Both the position numbers and the translations under genes were made by a program. A model generated the notes under the pieces. The model saw only the letters and a program-made list of their open reading frames with translations. It was not told the DNA's origin and ran no database searches. 64,000 nt of DNA from Eledone cirrhosa (taxonomy: Eukaryota): positions 232,252,001 to 232,316,000 of the forward strand of contig OZ024742.1 in the NCBI GenBank assembly GCA_964016885.1, written 5' to 3'. Positions 37,903 to 50,383 of this stretch are shown piece after piece (positions within the stretch are counted from its first letter, which is position 1; each line of letters starts with the position of its first letter).

Positions 37903-40900
37903 AAATGAGAAAACTCATGTTTTTTCCTCAAATTAGGTCAACAACCTCTGGAAACCATAGCTTTAACCCTTTAGCATTTACATTACTCTATATATACTAT
38001 TGTATTTTTCTGATAAAGGCATTATCTTACATAATATCGAATCTATAAGATGTTGATATTATTTATTTTGAGAACCATACCTTAACAAAAGTATGAGCAG
38101 CTGCTTACAGCCAGTTTGAACAGAAAGAGGTTGAACAAAAGGGTTAAAGGTGTCTCTTATATTCTTGTTATCAGATTTCTGTTCAAGATTCCTTGCCTTT
38201 AGGAATAAACAAACTTATTCTATTTACCAGTTTTGTTTTAACACTTTTACTTTGTTATTAAAGTGGACCCTTCAAAGGATCTCTGGTGATATGATGTGCT
38301 GCAGAAGACCCACCTTCCCATGTGCACAGGATGAAACAAACATGTAGAGGTCACTAATCTGCACCATTCTTTCTCAATGATAATTTTAATCCACCCTGCT
38401 CCATCACCAGCTAAGTATCCCACTTTGGACCTCCCCTACTTGCTTCATCCATGTCCAACTTGTATACTCGCATTTTTCCTGTCCAACCCATGCATTCAGA
38501 CATGAAAAACAGGACACACTCCATATTTACTCTCGTATGCTGCTGCCATGACAAAGCACCAAGTCCAACCTGTGCTGATGACATGATTAAAAAGCACCTA
38601 GTTCATTCTTGTAAGTGGTTGTGCTGGTACCATGATAAAAAAGCCCCCAGTCTATTCAGTCAGATGGTAGTTTTAGTGCCACAATAAAAAGCATCCAGTT
38701 CACACTGTAACATGCTTTACATTAAGAAGGGCATCTAGCCATAGAAACCAAGCCTAAAACTGATCCATAAGAGCAAGATATGGTCACCTGACCCAACTAC
38801 TTTCATAACATGACAACCTGTCTAACCCATGTAAGCATGGAAATTAGATGTTAAACGATAATGATGATGATGATGAATCTGGAAATGCAACGTATAAAAT
38901 ATAATAATAAAAAAGGACTTCTAAAGTTTATTGGAGAATAGTAAAGATGTTTCTCAATTTACAATAGGATGAAATAATAGTTTACCAATACAGAAGGTCA
39001 TATATTCATATTAGCCATGTAGTATCATCATCATCACTTTTACATCTGCTTTTCCATGTTGGCATAGATTGGATGGGACTTTTTGGGACAGTGTTTTATG
39101 GTCAGTAACAACTCTTCTTGACACCAATCTTTTTAGTTGCCTCTTATAACACACAAGGATATATTGTATCTTTTCTAAAAACTGGGATAAATGTTTTACA
39201 ACAATTTGGAAGTACATCTAATTCTATTCCTATCATTATTATTATTTAACATTTGGGGCGGTGAATTGGCAGTATCGGTAGAAATTCGGACGCCATGCTT
39301 TCCAGCATAGTTACATCTCTTTACGGTCTGAATTCAAATCCCGCTGAGGTTAACTTTGCCTTTCATCCTTACGGGGTCGATAAAATAAAGTACCAGTAAT
39401 GTACTGGGTAATTGCTGGCCTTGTGCCAAAAGTAGAAACAATTATTATTTAACATTTGCTTTCCATGCTGGCTTGGGTTGGACAGATTGCCTTGGTCTCA
39501 AACCAGACAGTTCAAAGAAACCACATCTCTTACATTTCATGTTTCAGTGTAGTTTTTATAACTAGATGCCTTTCCTAATGCCAACTACTCTTTGGTGCAT
39601 TTTATCATGGTGTCAGCACTACCATTTTACAGAGTATACTGGGCCCATTTTATAGTGATACCAGCACTATCACTTTACAGAATATACTGGAAGTATTATA
39701 TCGTGTCACCTGTACTTGAGAGGTTGTCATGTATTTGGTAAGACTATATTGTTTGTTCGCTTGCCAACCATTTTACAGAGTGTACCAGCTGCATATCATC
39801 ATGGCATGAACACTTAAGAGGTTGTGAAGTCCTTGACAGGCACAAAGGGTACTCTCTACCCTATATTGTCTTAGTTTGTCCACCATAAAAGAAAATATAA
39901 AACACAGAACAGAAAAAGAAATTCCCAGGCTTATTGGACAAAAAAAAATGAGAGAAAAAAAGTTTATATGTTAAATCATTTCAATAAACTTTTGGTGAGT
40001 TAATGGTTTTAGAGGCCAAGGTGAAGTGGAAGAGAGTTACTTCATATCTCTGATGGTTAGCCTAGTAATTTGTTATAAAGTTATTTTTGAAACAACAGAA
40101 TGAAAAAGTATATTATTTAATATGATTATTAATCAGTAGTGGCAAACGTTTTCTAAATGTTATTTTATAAGTTCTACTCAGTCTTTACTAATTTACAACA
40201 GCAGTTAAAATGGCAATAACTCATAGCTATTCCTGACATGCATAAAGCAAACACTAATACTAAATATTTAAATGAATGAATGGACACATTTATATTTGGT
40301 TAGAATTATATTTACTTCTTACAACTATTTTACATGTTACTTCCAATAGAATGGAATAAACAGTAACGAATCATTAAATAATTTAAAATGAATCTGTTGT
40401 TAGCTTCTTCTGCCTCAAGAACTTCTGAATATAAAATTCCCTGGCTCGATGTTGTCTTCACAACCTGCTCTTACACACATTCATCATCATCATCATCATT
40501 TAACGTCCAATCTCCCTGCTACATGTTTTCCCATTGCTTGTAACTCACTAAAATCTATGTTGCCTATGAAAGGTTTTCAAGACACCAAATATCAAAGCTA
40601 GCTCGATGAACCCAACCAGGATGATGAATTTCAGTGCTAGTAATCAGGTACTTTCATCATGCAACTTTTCCATATTTTCCACTTCATTGCACCAAAGACC
40701 CAACAGCCAGGCTGCCACTGAGTTATGTAGTATAACTTCAATTTATGCAATTTAATTATCATCAACTACAGTGATTTCTTTAATGAAGTTGTGAAGTGGT
40801 ACCTAGAAGAGAGTTCAGTGGTCTCAAAGAGGGTGTATGGTCAGTCTGGACCAATCCAATCCAATTTCCATCATAGAGTGGAAATTTAACCACAACACAC

Positions 40901-41847
40901 TTCTTTAGCCCTATGTGTAATCAATTACATCCTGTTGCTTCAGTATACTCAGTTGAACTGGTTCATTGTGCTGGAAGGCTCAGAAACCAAAATGTTATCA
41001 CATTAGACTTTCTGGAAGAAGAAATAAAAGAATGCATTACAGTATGCAGTTGCAGAAGTGCAGAAGATATTTATGGGAAGATGTCATCCCATAATTAGAA
41101 AGCTATTAAAAAATTGTTAAGTGGAACACGTATTAAACTCTGTTCACTGATCCACAGCATGGAAATTAATAATAAGAAGTAGTATTGTTGTAGCAGCTAC
41201 ATGTTACACTGACTTTTAGAAAAGAGTTAATCTTTGAAAGAAGTTCTCATGTAGGCATGGTGTATATGGAGCACTAGATAAATAGATCACATCCAGATAC
41301 CTACGATCAGGCCTATACAAGAGTAACTTTCCTAGATCAATGTTGACAAAGCCCCTACATGAGTAACACCCAGGTATCTATGTGCCATAGCTTTCCTTGA
41401 TCAATGCTGACCAGGCCTATAAAAGAATAACAACCAGCTATCATCAACCTAGGCAAAATCGTAAAATAATAGGTAGTGAATAAAATTATAAATTATATTA
41501 CATATTTAAAATTATTTGGTAATCTTTTGTTACTGATATATTGAAAATGAAAGTCAATTGTCTGATTATGCTGATGGTACTGTAATTTAGTTTCATATTC
41601 AGTCCGGATGAAAGGCCGGCTGTATGATGTGATGTTGTATGATAATGAGACATGAGTAATGGATGTAGAAGATATGCTTCAATAGGTGTGCAATGTTAAT
41701 ATTCATTTCACTGTGAACCATTTACTGAATTTTGTTAATCCAGCAAATGCTGAGAGACACACACAACCAACTGAAGACGCAAGGGCAATTGTCAAATGTA
41801 GAGAGCAATAAGAGGGAAATTTAATACTTTGTTCATTACATATATAA

Positions 41848-42861
41848 ACAGCAATGTTACATGGTAGTGAGACATGGGCACTGTGTGCAGAGGACCTGCG
41901 AAGACTGGAAAGAAATGAAGCATGCATGCTCCGATGGATGTGTAATAGTAATATACATGAATGGCAAAGCATAAATGAACAAAGAAAGAAATTAGGTATA
42001 AGAGGGATCAGATGCAGTATGCTAAAGAGGAGACTACGTTGGTATGGTCATGTGATGCATATGAAGGACGACAGCTGTATAAAAAGGTGCATGGTGATCA
42101 AAATTGATGGAAGCTATGGAGTAGGAAGACTCAGGAAGACCTGGGACAAGGTGATAAAAGCTGACCTTGCGCAATTGAACCTCTCAAATACAATGACATA
42201 GGATCGAGATCTTTGGCGTGATGCAGTATTACAGAAGACATGCCTTCCCATTCACACTCAAACTTACATTTAGTAGGCACCTCTTAACCACTATATCCCC
42301 ACCCATCCACTCCTGTTCACACCACCCTTACAATGTGAACAAAATATATCCAGCCCACACTGTAAAGTGGTCATGTAAGTGTCACGACAAAAAGTACACA
42401 GCCCACACTATGAAGTGGTCGTGTAGGAGTCACGACAAAAAGCACCCAGCACACACTGTAAAGTGGTCGTGTAGGTGTCACGACAAAAGGTACACAGCCC
42501 ACACTGTAAAGTGGTCGTGTAGGAGTCACGACAAAAAGCACCCAGCACACACTGTAAAGTGGTCGTGTAGGTGTCACGACAAAAGGTACACAGCCCACAC
42601 TGTAAAGTGGTCGTGTAGGTGTCACGACAAAAAGTACACAGCCCACACTGTAAAGTGGTCGTGTAGGAGTCACGACAAAAAGCACCCAGCACACACTGTA
42701 AATGAGGTTGGCGTTAGGAAGGGCATCCAGTCGTAGGAATCTAGCCAGAAACAATTCTATATGAGTAAGACACGGTCACCTGACTCAACTTACCTCAAAT
42801 GGGATAACCCGTCTAACCCAGGCTAGCGTGGAAAATGGACGTTAATCGATGATGATGATGA
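41848..42861 (+). mobile_element. RTE LINE 3' part with 48-bp array in the UTR
   Basis: MLHGSETW...LRWYGHV ORF remnant, UTR, about 7 array units at 42345-42702, tail GGACGTTAATCGATGATG. Confidence 0.92.
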
Positions 42862-43759
42862 TATCTGCTGCAATTTATTTGGTAGCGAATGAACAAAAAC
42901 TCTGTCTTGATTCTTATTTCCCCTATAAGACATTACTATAACATAAATAATACACAGATTATAATGCGTTTTCTACAGTGTATTTTGCAATATATGCTAA
43001 AGTTGTTCATAGTATAAGATGTAAGTGTATTTCCTAATTTCTGGATCCGAAACCATATTAACGTAGTCATAAATTTACATTCATTTTCAAATCATCAATA
43101 ACGAATCTGCCTATTTTACCCACCCAGGAAGAATGAAAAATTAAGTCGACCACGGCGAGATTTGAACGCTGAACGTAAAAGGACGTAATTAAATACTACA
43201 CGAAATCTTGCTTGCCGCTATATCGATTCTGTTTTGATCATTTCAACTGACCCGGAAGGATGTAAAGCAATGTTGTCCAGCGCACTGAGATTGAATTCGA
43301 GCAGAGCTCCACGAAGGCGGAGAAAATAAGGTTTCATTAATATACTGAATTAATTTAATAATTTGTATAAAACAATTATGCTTAGTTACAAAATAAATCA
43401 TGATACAGAATTTTATAGATTATCAAATTCATCAAAACCAAATCATGAGAGAAAAATAATTCAGGTAATTAATAATAACGGTAATTTCTAACGTAAGCAG
43501 ACTGCCTCAGTTTTTTTAAGAGTGGGTGAGAATACAATTGATAATACCAACTGCAGTACTTTACTGGTACTTGTCTTATTGACCCCAGAAGAATGAAAGA
43601 CAAAGTCGATCTCAGTGGAATGACAACAGCAACAGAACGGAATGCGAGAAATAGTTAACAATTATGTAGAATAAGAAAGCTAAATAATTTTTTAGAGGGA
43701 ATATAGGAAATTGTGATGGTTATAATTTTTCGTAAGGTTGTCACTAGAAAGTTGCTTAC

Positions 43760-43948
43760 CTTATGACTTGTACAAGAAAGTTGAGTTTTAGCGGGTTGTA
43801 CCATGCCGAAATTTTGGAACATTTTCGATACGTACAATCGTTTTGGTTTGTAAAATTGATTAGAATCTGTAGAAGCATAACGACGATTTTTGGCAACAAA
43901 TAGCAGCCGTTTATAAAGATTATGGTGGTTTCTGAAGTAAAGGGTCAT
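43760..43948 (-). CDS. PARS2: Mitochondrial proline--tRNA ligase, coding exon 1 (targeting-peptide-like N-terminus)
   Basis: ATG at 43948; 63 codons MTLYFRNHHNLYKRLLFVAKNRRYAS...TQLSCTSHK then GTAAG donor (phase 0). Basic N-terminus with an RRY-AS motif typical of mitochondrial presequences. Joins exon 2 to give SHK|LM, matching the conserved S-x-[RK]-L-M start of ProRS. Confidence 0.85.
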
Positions 43949-44143
43949 TATAACAGTTTCAAAACATAATGTGTTATTTCTATTTCAAGAAACCTTGTGT
44001 GAAAACAACCAGCCTCGTTCTGATTAATATTATCGCTTACTTACGACTAACTAATAACCTGAACGAGACAGGCTTCTTAAAAAGTTGCAACATGTATTCA
44101 ATGTATTAAATATGTAAACCGCATTGGCAGAATTAACTACATA

Positions 44144-44506
44144 TTAGCTGGACGCGTGAAAAAATTCACGGATAATTTTTGAAATTTAAATATTATCCAA
44201 TGAATATTTATCAGTTAATCAAAGTTTTTTGATTTGTTGTATTTTGGTGAATAAACAATTATATTTTCCTTATGACATTTCGTCGCTGTTGAACTCTGTT
44301 TCTCATATTCTCTAGATAAAATTCTCTCTCCTCTGGATTCATGTTATTTCTTCTATCATGATCTACTTTTCTATTCTGTAGATAAGTTTCTCTCTCCTCT
44401 GAATTCATGTTATTTCTTTTGTCATGATCTGCGCTTCTAATCACTGAAAGCGTGACACAGACGGTCGGACGTACGGTACGTAGGTCCAGGCGTATTAATA
44501 TATAGT
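44144..44506 (-). mobile_element. Short Helitron-like element upstream of the PARS2 ATG
   Basis: Minus strand starts ACTATATATTAATACGCC...GTCTGTGTCACGCTTT; internal charged repeat (NMNSEERETYLQNR / NMNPEEREFYLENM); 3' hairpin CGTGAA-TTT-TTCACG then CTAA-T. Confidence 0.6.
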
Positions 44507-44790
44507 TACTATGTTTTTATGAATTTAGATTAAAAAAGAGAAATTATTTGTATAAGCTTTTGTTTTTATCAATGGTGATCTTTTATTGTTAACTCTGTAA
44601 ATGAATGGTTGAGCCTAAATGTTGTGGTTTTATTAAAAGTGATTTCAACACTTATGATGCTAATATATCTTGAAAGAATTACAGAGGGGTGAGGTAGGGG
44701 AAGCATACTCAGGGACGCTTGCTGCATGAAAACGTACTAGTAAAGTAGATGATAGCATGTTTGATGTAATAAACAATGAAATTTAATTGA

Positions 44791-47282
44791 TTAGGATTCT
44801 TTTCAACACGCTGACGCGTATGTGCATATATATATATATATATATGTGTGTGTTCATGTGCATATGCATACATCTATAAGTATGAGTATATAAATTTAAA
44901 CGTACAAACTTCAGCGGTCCGACTTGCCAGGAAAGAACGTCGGAACGCCGAACGGGAATATAAACTGCATAGATCAGATGCCAACAGAAAAAAGCGGAAT
45001 AAATCTTCCAACCATCTCAAGCAAGTGACACAGAAGGCAGTGCTTGAATTTGAACAGTGCATCGCAACCAATCCTGACAGTAAGGTGTTCTGGAAATATG
45101 TTCATTCAAAGCAGAGACCTCACTCTCCAGTTGGTCCTCTTCGCAATCCCCACACAAGCCAGATCACTGACGATCCCAAGGAATGCGCAGAACTCATTGC
45201 TGAGTGCTATGCAAGTATTTTTACTGTTGAAAACCAGAATGTACCATCTCCACCATCTCTAACATCAAATTCCATAACAACTATGGAATTTACACCTGCA
45301 ATGTTGCGACGTCACCTTAAGAATAAGCGCAACTATGCCTCCCCTGGTCTTGATGGTGTGACATACCTGCTTCTCAAACGTGGCGGGGATTTCCTTTTGC
45401 GCCAGCTTTCTTTTTTCTTTCAATACTGTCTCAGCAATGGTGCTACTCCGGAGCAGTGGAAAACTGCCAGTGTCATTCCCCTGTTCAAAAAGGGCAACCG
45501 CATGTCACCTGTCAACTATCGTCCAGTCAGTCTTACTAGCTGTATGGCCAAACTAATGGAATCCTGTGTCAGAGAAACACTTTGGAACTTCTGGAGCTCT
45601 CACAGCCTCATCCGGCCCTCACAGTTTGGATTTATCCCTAACTCCAGCTGCTGTGATCAGCTTATCGAGTTCCTTGAGGACATCACCCGGATCACTGACA
45701 GCGGCTCATGGGTGGATGTTGTTTACCTTGACTTTGCTAAGGCTTTTAATTCTGTGCCACACAAAAGACTTATGGCAAAACTCTCTGCAATGGGTGTGAG
45801 GGATGATCTTTTCGACTGGCTGAAATCCTTCATTCTCAGCCGAAAGGAAGTAGTCACGGTTCTAGGACAGCATTCTTCACCATATGAGATGTCATCTGGT
45901 GTACCACAGGGATCTGTTCTTGGTCCTCTTTTGTTTGTGGCATATATTAATGACATAGATGCCAACTTACAGAATGCCACGGTACTAAAATATGCAGATG
46001 ACATCAAGCTGTACCTTGAAATCAAAAGGACTGATCCTGAAATTTACAACTCTTTCCTACAATCAGACCTGGACACAATGCAGCAATGGATCACAGACTG
46101 GCAACTGAAGCTGGCTGTGGACAAGTGTACCACCATGCATTTTGGAAGGAAAAATCCAGCGTCCACATACTCCCTCCACAACACTGACATCAAAAAGTCC
46201 TCTTGTGAACGTGACCTGGGCATTACTGTCAGCAACGATTTGCGTTGGACAAAGCATGTCTCTAAGATTGTCAAGAAGGCCGAGGGTGTCTTGGCATCAC
46301 TCAGCAAGACCTTTGTTAGCCGCTCTCCAGCTATCTATTTAAAACTGTATACAGCTATGGTGCGACCACACTTGGAATTCGCATCATCAGTCTGGAACCC
46401 CTATCTTGCTCGGAACATTGACCTCCTGGAAACTGTTCAGAGACGTGCAACCAAGCGCAAACCCTCCATCAGACACCTACCATACTCTGAACGCCTTGCT
46501 TCCCTGGGCATGGATTCATTGAAGCTCCGACGTCTGGCAAAGGACTTGGTGAATACCCACAAAGTTTTTAACCATCTCGCCAACTGCAACACTGAGCGCC
46601 TCTTTGATCTCCATGTGTCTAACACACGTGGACATGCCTACAAGATAAGAAAACAGCACAGCTCCCATGACTTTCGCAGACATTTTTTCACGCTCAGAGT
46701 TGCTGAAGCATGGAACAAACTGCCTGCGTCAATTGTTAGCTGCCGAGACACTGCATCCTTTAAGACACTCATGCTTCCCGAAATACGCCAAAACTACACC
46801 TGATGTGCCCCTTCCATACACATGCACACATGTGTGTATCATGACTCGTGCACTGTTCATTTTACTGATGTTTGTGCATTGCCCTATGTACTGTACATGC
46901 ACTTTTTTGATGGGTTGTGGTGCACCTGGGCACTGTGCACAATATTTCATTATTGTTATTGTTATTATATCATGACTCATACACTGTTTATTTTCCTGAC
47001 ATTTGTACATTATTCTATGTACTATACATGCACCTTTGATGAGTTGTAGTGCACCTGAGCACTGTACACAATAATTTCATTATTATTATTATTATTAAAC
47101 ACAAACACACTTACAAAAATACACACCCACAGACATACATTCACACATACACTCACACGCAGCGTAGCAAATGGAACGCAAGTCGCTGTTTTGCTATAGT
47201 TTTTTTACCATCACCTTCCTTTCTTTTACACACACACATTCACACAAACGGCGGACGGAAGCTGCTCAAATTTATATATAGA
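44791..47282 (-). mobile_element. Non-autonomous Helitron-like element split by a LINE
   Basis: 5' TCTATATATAAATTTGAGC at 47282; 3' part at 44791-44900 ends CTAA; both halves match 26035-26338. Confidence 0.75.
44906..47097 (+). mobile_element. CR1-like LINE, 5'-truncated, RT frame uninterrupted
   Basis: About 630 open codons to TGA at 46803 with all RT motifs; endonuclease absent; duplicated 3' UTR; (ATT)n tail. Confidence 0.96.
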
Positions 47283-48159
47283 TTAAAATTACACCTATAG
47301 TGATAACGATTATCTAAGTGAGTAAAGTTCGTAAAAAAAAAAAAAAAAAATAGGGCATGTGAGACTTCTCCAAAAATTTAATTAAGTTTTAAATGCAATG
47401 GAAAATGAATCTGATGCTTAGCGGTACGGTGACAACTATGGATATGTTTCGGTCCTATTAGAACTCATTAGCGAAGCATAAAATCACTGTAATTCCGAGA
47501 TCATATAATGACTAGATACATATATGTTTATCGTGTGTGATTATTCTAAATGATGCTTTAATTAAATAGAATATCCGCAAAAAATACCCAGTGACGCCCG
47601 CCACATGAAAACTTAATAGTAAAGCGTGTGGTCGGATAATTGATGTATTGTCTCGCTTGCGTTCTTTTTTGTCCTCGTCAATAAAGATATAATTTTGATT
47701 AATTTATATTTATCGGCGTACTACATTAAGTATGTTAGCGCCCCTTTTTACTATTGATATCTTTAAATCCATTCTTCCTTGTAGTCTTACTATCTGCAGT
47801 TTGATGTGCTATGTCCCGATATAAAGACGTATTGCTTGGTGGTTGGGGTGTTCTACTCATAATCGGAATGTCGTGAGTTCGATTTCTGGCGACGCCTTGT
47901 GTCTTTGAGCAAGTTACTTTATTTCATCTCGTTTATTCTACTTAACTGGCAAAAATGAGTTATATCTGTAATTCAAAGGCTTAGTCTTTTCGTGAGTAGG
48001 TTGTTGCGTTGTTCGAATAAGAACACTCGTCGCTGGAACCGACGGAAGTCCAACCTAATCACCTTTATTTAGAAACTTATCACTTTTTGTTTGTTGGGTT
48101 TGACATGCTGTAAGAATGTCACAGATATACATATCTAAATATATTAATATATACATACA

Positions 48160-48703
48160 TGATGATGGCTGCAATACGATTTCGAGTAATTCCATCGCCT
48201 GATACTTAAGCATAAGCATCACAGACGTGGCTTTTTAGTCCAGCTAGCGACTTGCCTTTGGCCAGCAATACCATGCATCGCAAAAAATGTCATATATCAA
48301 TCGATGCCTGTGCATGAAGCTTTTTTAAGTGAGGAAAGGCTTTGCACGGGGCCAATCCCACTCTCTGAACATCGAATGCCTTTACCCCAAAAGTAGAACT
48401 GGTCTACATCATTGGATGCAAACGAAATCGCAGGTTTTATATCAGAGTGACCTTCTCCTTGAGAGATGTCTTAACGAAGCGTAGGGATATCTCACTCCAC
48501 TGACCCCCTCAAAAAAATATGGATGGCTTTTGCTTCTCCTGAGTTTCTCCGCCCTTTGACGGGTTTTGTTTTTCATCCCGCAGCATGTCTAAATTCACCC
48601 TCCTCAAGCTTGGTGGAGTTGGCAGTTTAGTCGCCGACGACCCGATCATGCACAAGTTGTACTGGGTTACATGTTATTAGTAGCGCTGAAGCGCGACCTG
48701 ACA
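48160..48703 (-). mobile_element. Non-autonomous RTE-derived (bipartite-type) element
   Basis: Shares AGGGTGA..TT.GACAT.CTGC.GGA..AAAAACAAAACC.GTCAAAGGGC, GGAGAAGG and GTCGCT.GCTGGACTAAAAAG.CAC with 63290-63787; (ATGT)n tail. Confidence 0.65.
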
Positions 48704-49000
48704 TCACACACGCACGCACGCACGCACGCAGATATGCATACACAAAAAAACCTTGAATAATAGAATCTGACGATGAGATGAAATTGGCAATCTATAATTC
48801 AATATCGTATTTTAAAATTCCATACTGGATCAAATATTGTCAATTGGTAACTGCTACAATCGTAATTATACACTTAAATATATATTAAGTTAGATGAATG
48901 AAGAGATGGAAGGATGAATAAATGAATGAACGTATAGATATACGGATATATAGGCAGACGATAGGTAGTGCATGAAGGAATAAGATATAGAGAGTAAACG

Positions 49001-49211
49001 CAGACCCGGCAACCTCTAAAACACAAGGGGGGGGGGGGTGAAAAAAGTGGTCCAAAACGGGAAGAAATGGGGGGGGGGGTTCACATAATGAAAACGGTAC
49101 CCATTTTCACAAGAGAAGACACCTCCTCTCACCCACCCGAAAGTGGATGGGAGGAGGTGTCTTCTCTGGATGGGAGATCTCTCCGTCGGACAGGGAGAGT
49201 TGATAGGTCTG
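49001..49211. mobile_element. Small TIR element with internal hairpin
   Basis: CAGACCCGGCAAC / GTTGATAGGTCTG ends; flanks taaacg / taaatg. Confidence 0.6.
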
Positions 49212-49384
49212 TAAATGTGATAAATAAATAGATAGATAGAATGATAGATAGGTGACCGAGGGAGACAGAGATAGACAGTGATAGTGTGGGTGTATAATAA
49301 TTAGGTAATGGAGAGGGGGTTCACCTTATCAACTAGCCTTACACTAACAGTGACAGCAATGTTTCCTTCCTCTACCAGTGAAAT

Positions 49385-49645
49385 CGCGTGGCTTAGTGGT
49401 TAAGATGTTCGGCTCACAATCGTAAGATCGTGAGTTCGTTTCCTGGTGGTGCGTTATGTCCCTATCGCGTTGCTCCAGTCCACTCAGCTGACAAAAATGA
49501 GTTGTACATGTAATTCTCTCTGAGAATTACATGTGACCTTGTATGTCGAATGCTCAGCTACTTGAACGTTAATTTCTCAAGTAGGTTGTTCTTTTGTGCG
49601 AAAGATTGGAGTAGTCCTCGTTGGAAGCGACGGAGGCCCGCCCTC
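49385..49645 (+). mobile_element. tRNA-derived SINE
   Basis: GCGTGGCTTAGTGGTTAAG...GTGAGTTCGTTTCC head; related decayed copy at 47825-48055. Confidence 0.75.
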
Positions 49646-49789
49646 TTCTTTTTCTTTCTATTATATTATTCTTACTTCTACCACCAGTTTAGCTATTTTT
49701 ATATCTGACTATAAGTCAATGTCTTTCTTTTTAATGCATAGTATTTGCATAAATTATTCCATACTCAAATAAACCCCGTCATTCTTTTT

Positions 49790-50240
49790 ACCGACACTAG
49801 CTGTTAAATGTTGCAGGCAAAAGAGGCTTGGTGTAAAAGCCGAACTCGTTATCTTTAATTCGATATTCCTGCCAACTCTTACCCATGGTCATGAATCTTG
49901 GGTAATGACCAAAAGAATACGATCGCGAATACTAGCGATCAAAATGGGGTTCCTCCGAAGGATTTTCAGAGAAATGTTACTCGATAGAGTGCAAAGCTCG
50001 GAGGTCAGAAAGTCACTCCAGGTAGATCCGCTACTTCTATACTATCGGCATATAGTTAGAATGTCTCAGGAAAGAACTGCTGGACAGATTTTACGGACCA
50101 AACCAACCGGCAGGATAGTTGGATAACATCCATGAGCTTGGGGATCCAGCGGGATCAGTCGGAGACGGTTGCTTCAGTCAGGATCGGCTGAAAGGAGCGT
50201 TTGAGGACTCTACCAACGACCCTCTCAGGAATAAGTGGGT

Positions 50241-50272
<32 letters not shown>

Positions 50273-50290
50273 AGAAGGAGGAGGAGGAGT
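49790..50290 (+). mobile_element. Decayed RTE-like 3' fragment with (AAG)n tail
   Basis: LPTLTHGHESWVMTKRIRSRILAIKMGFLRRI; (AAG)n at 50241-50290. Confidence 0.75.
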
Positions 50291-50383
50291 TCTGCATTAA
50301 ACTCAGAATCAGTTGTCAAATACCAGACTTGACCACCGCTACCTTTTCGGTCCGATCAATGTGGTGACCGCTGGCATTTATTC

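Noticed and set aside
40540-41260. Possible decayed transposase-like sequence
   Set aside because: Looks coding-derived, but I could not find a motif or terminus I can support.
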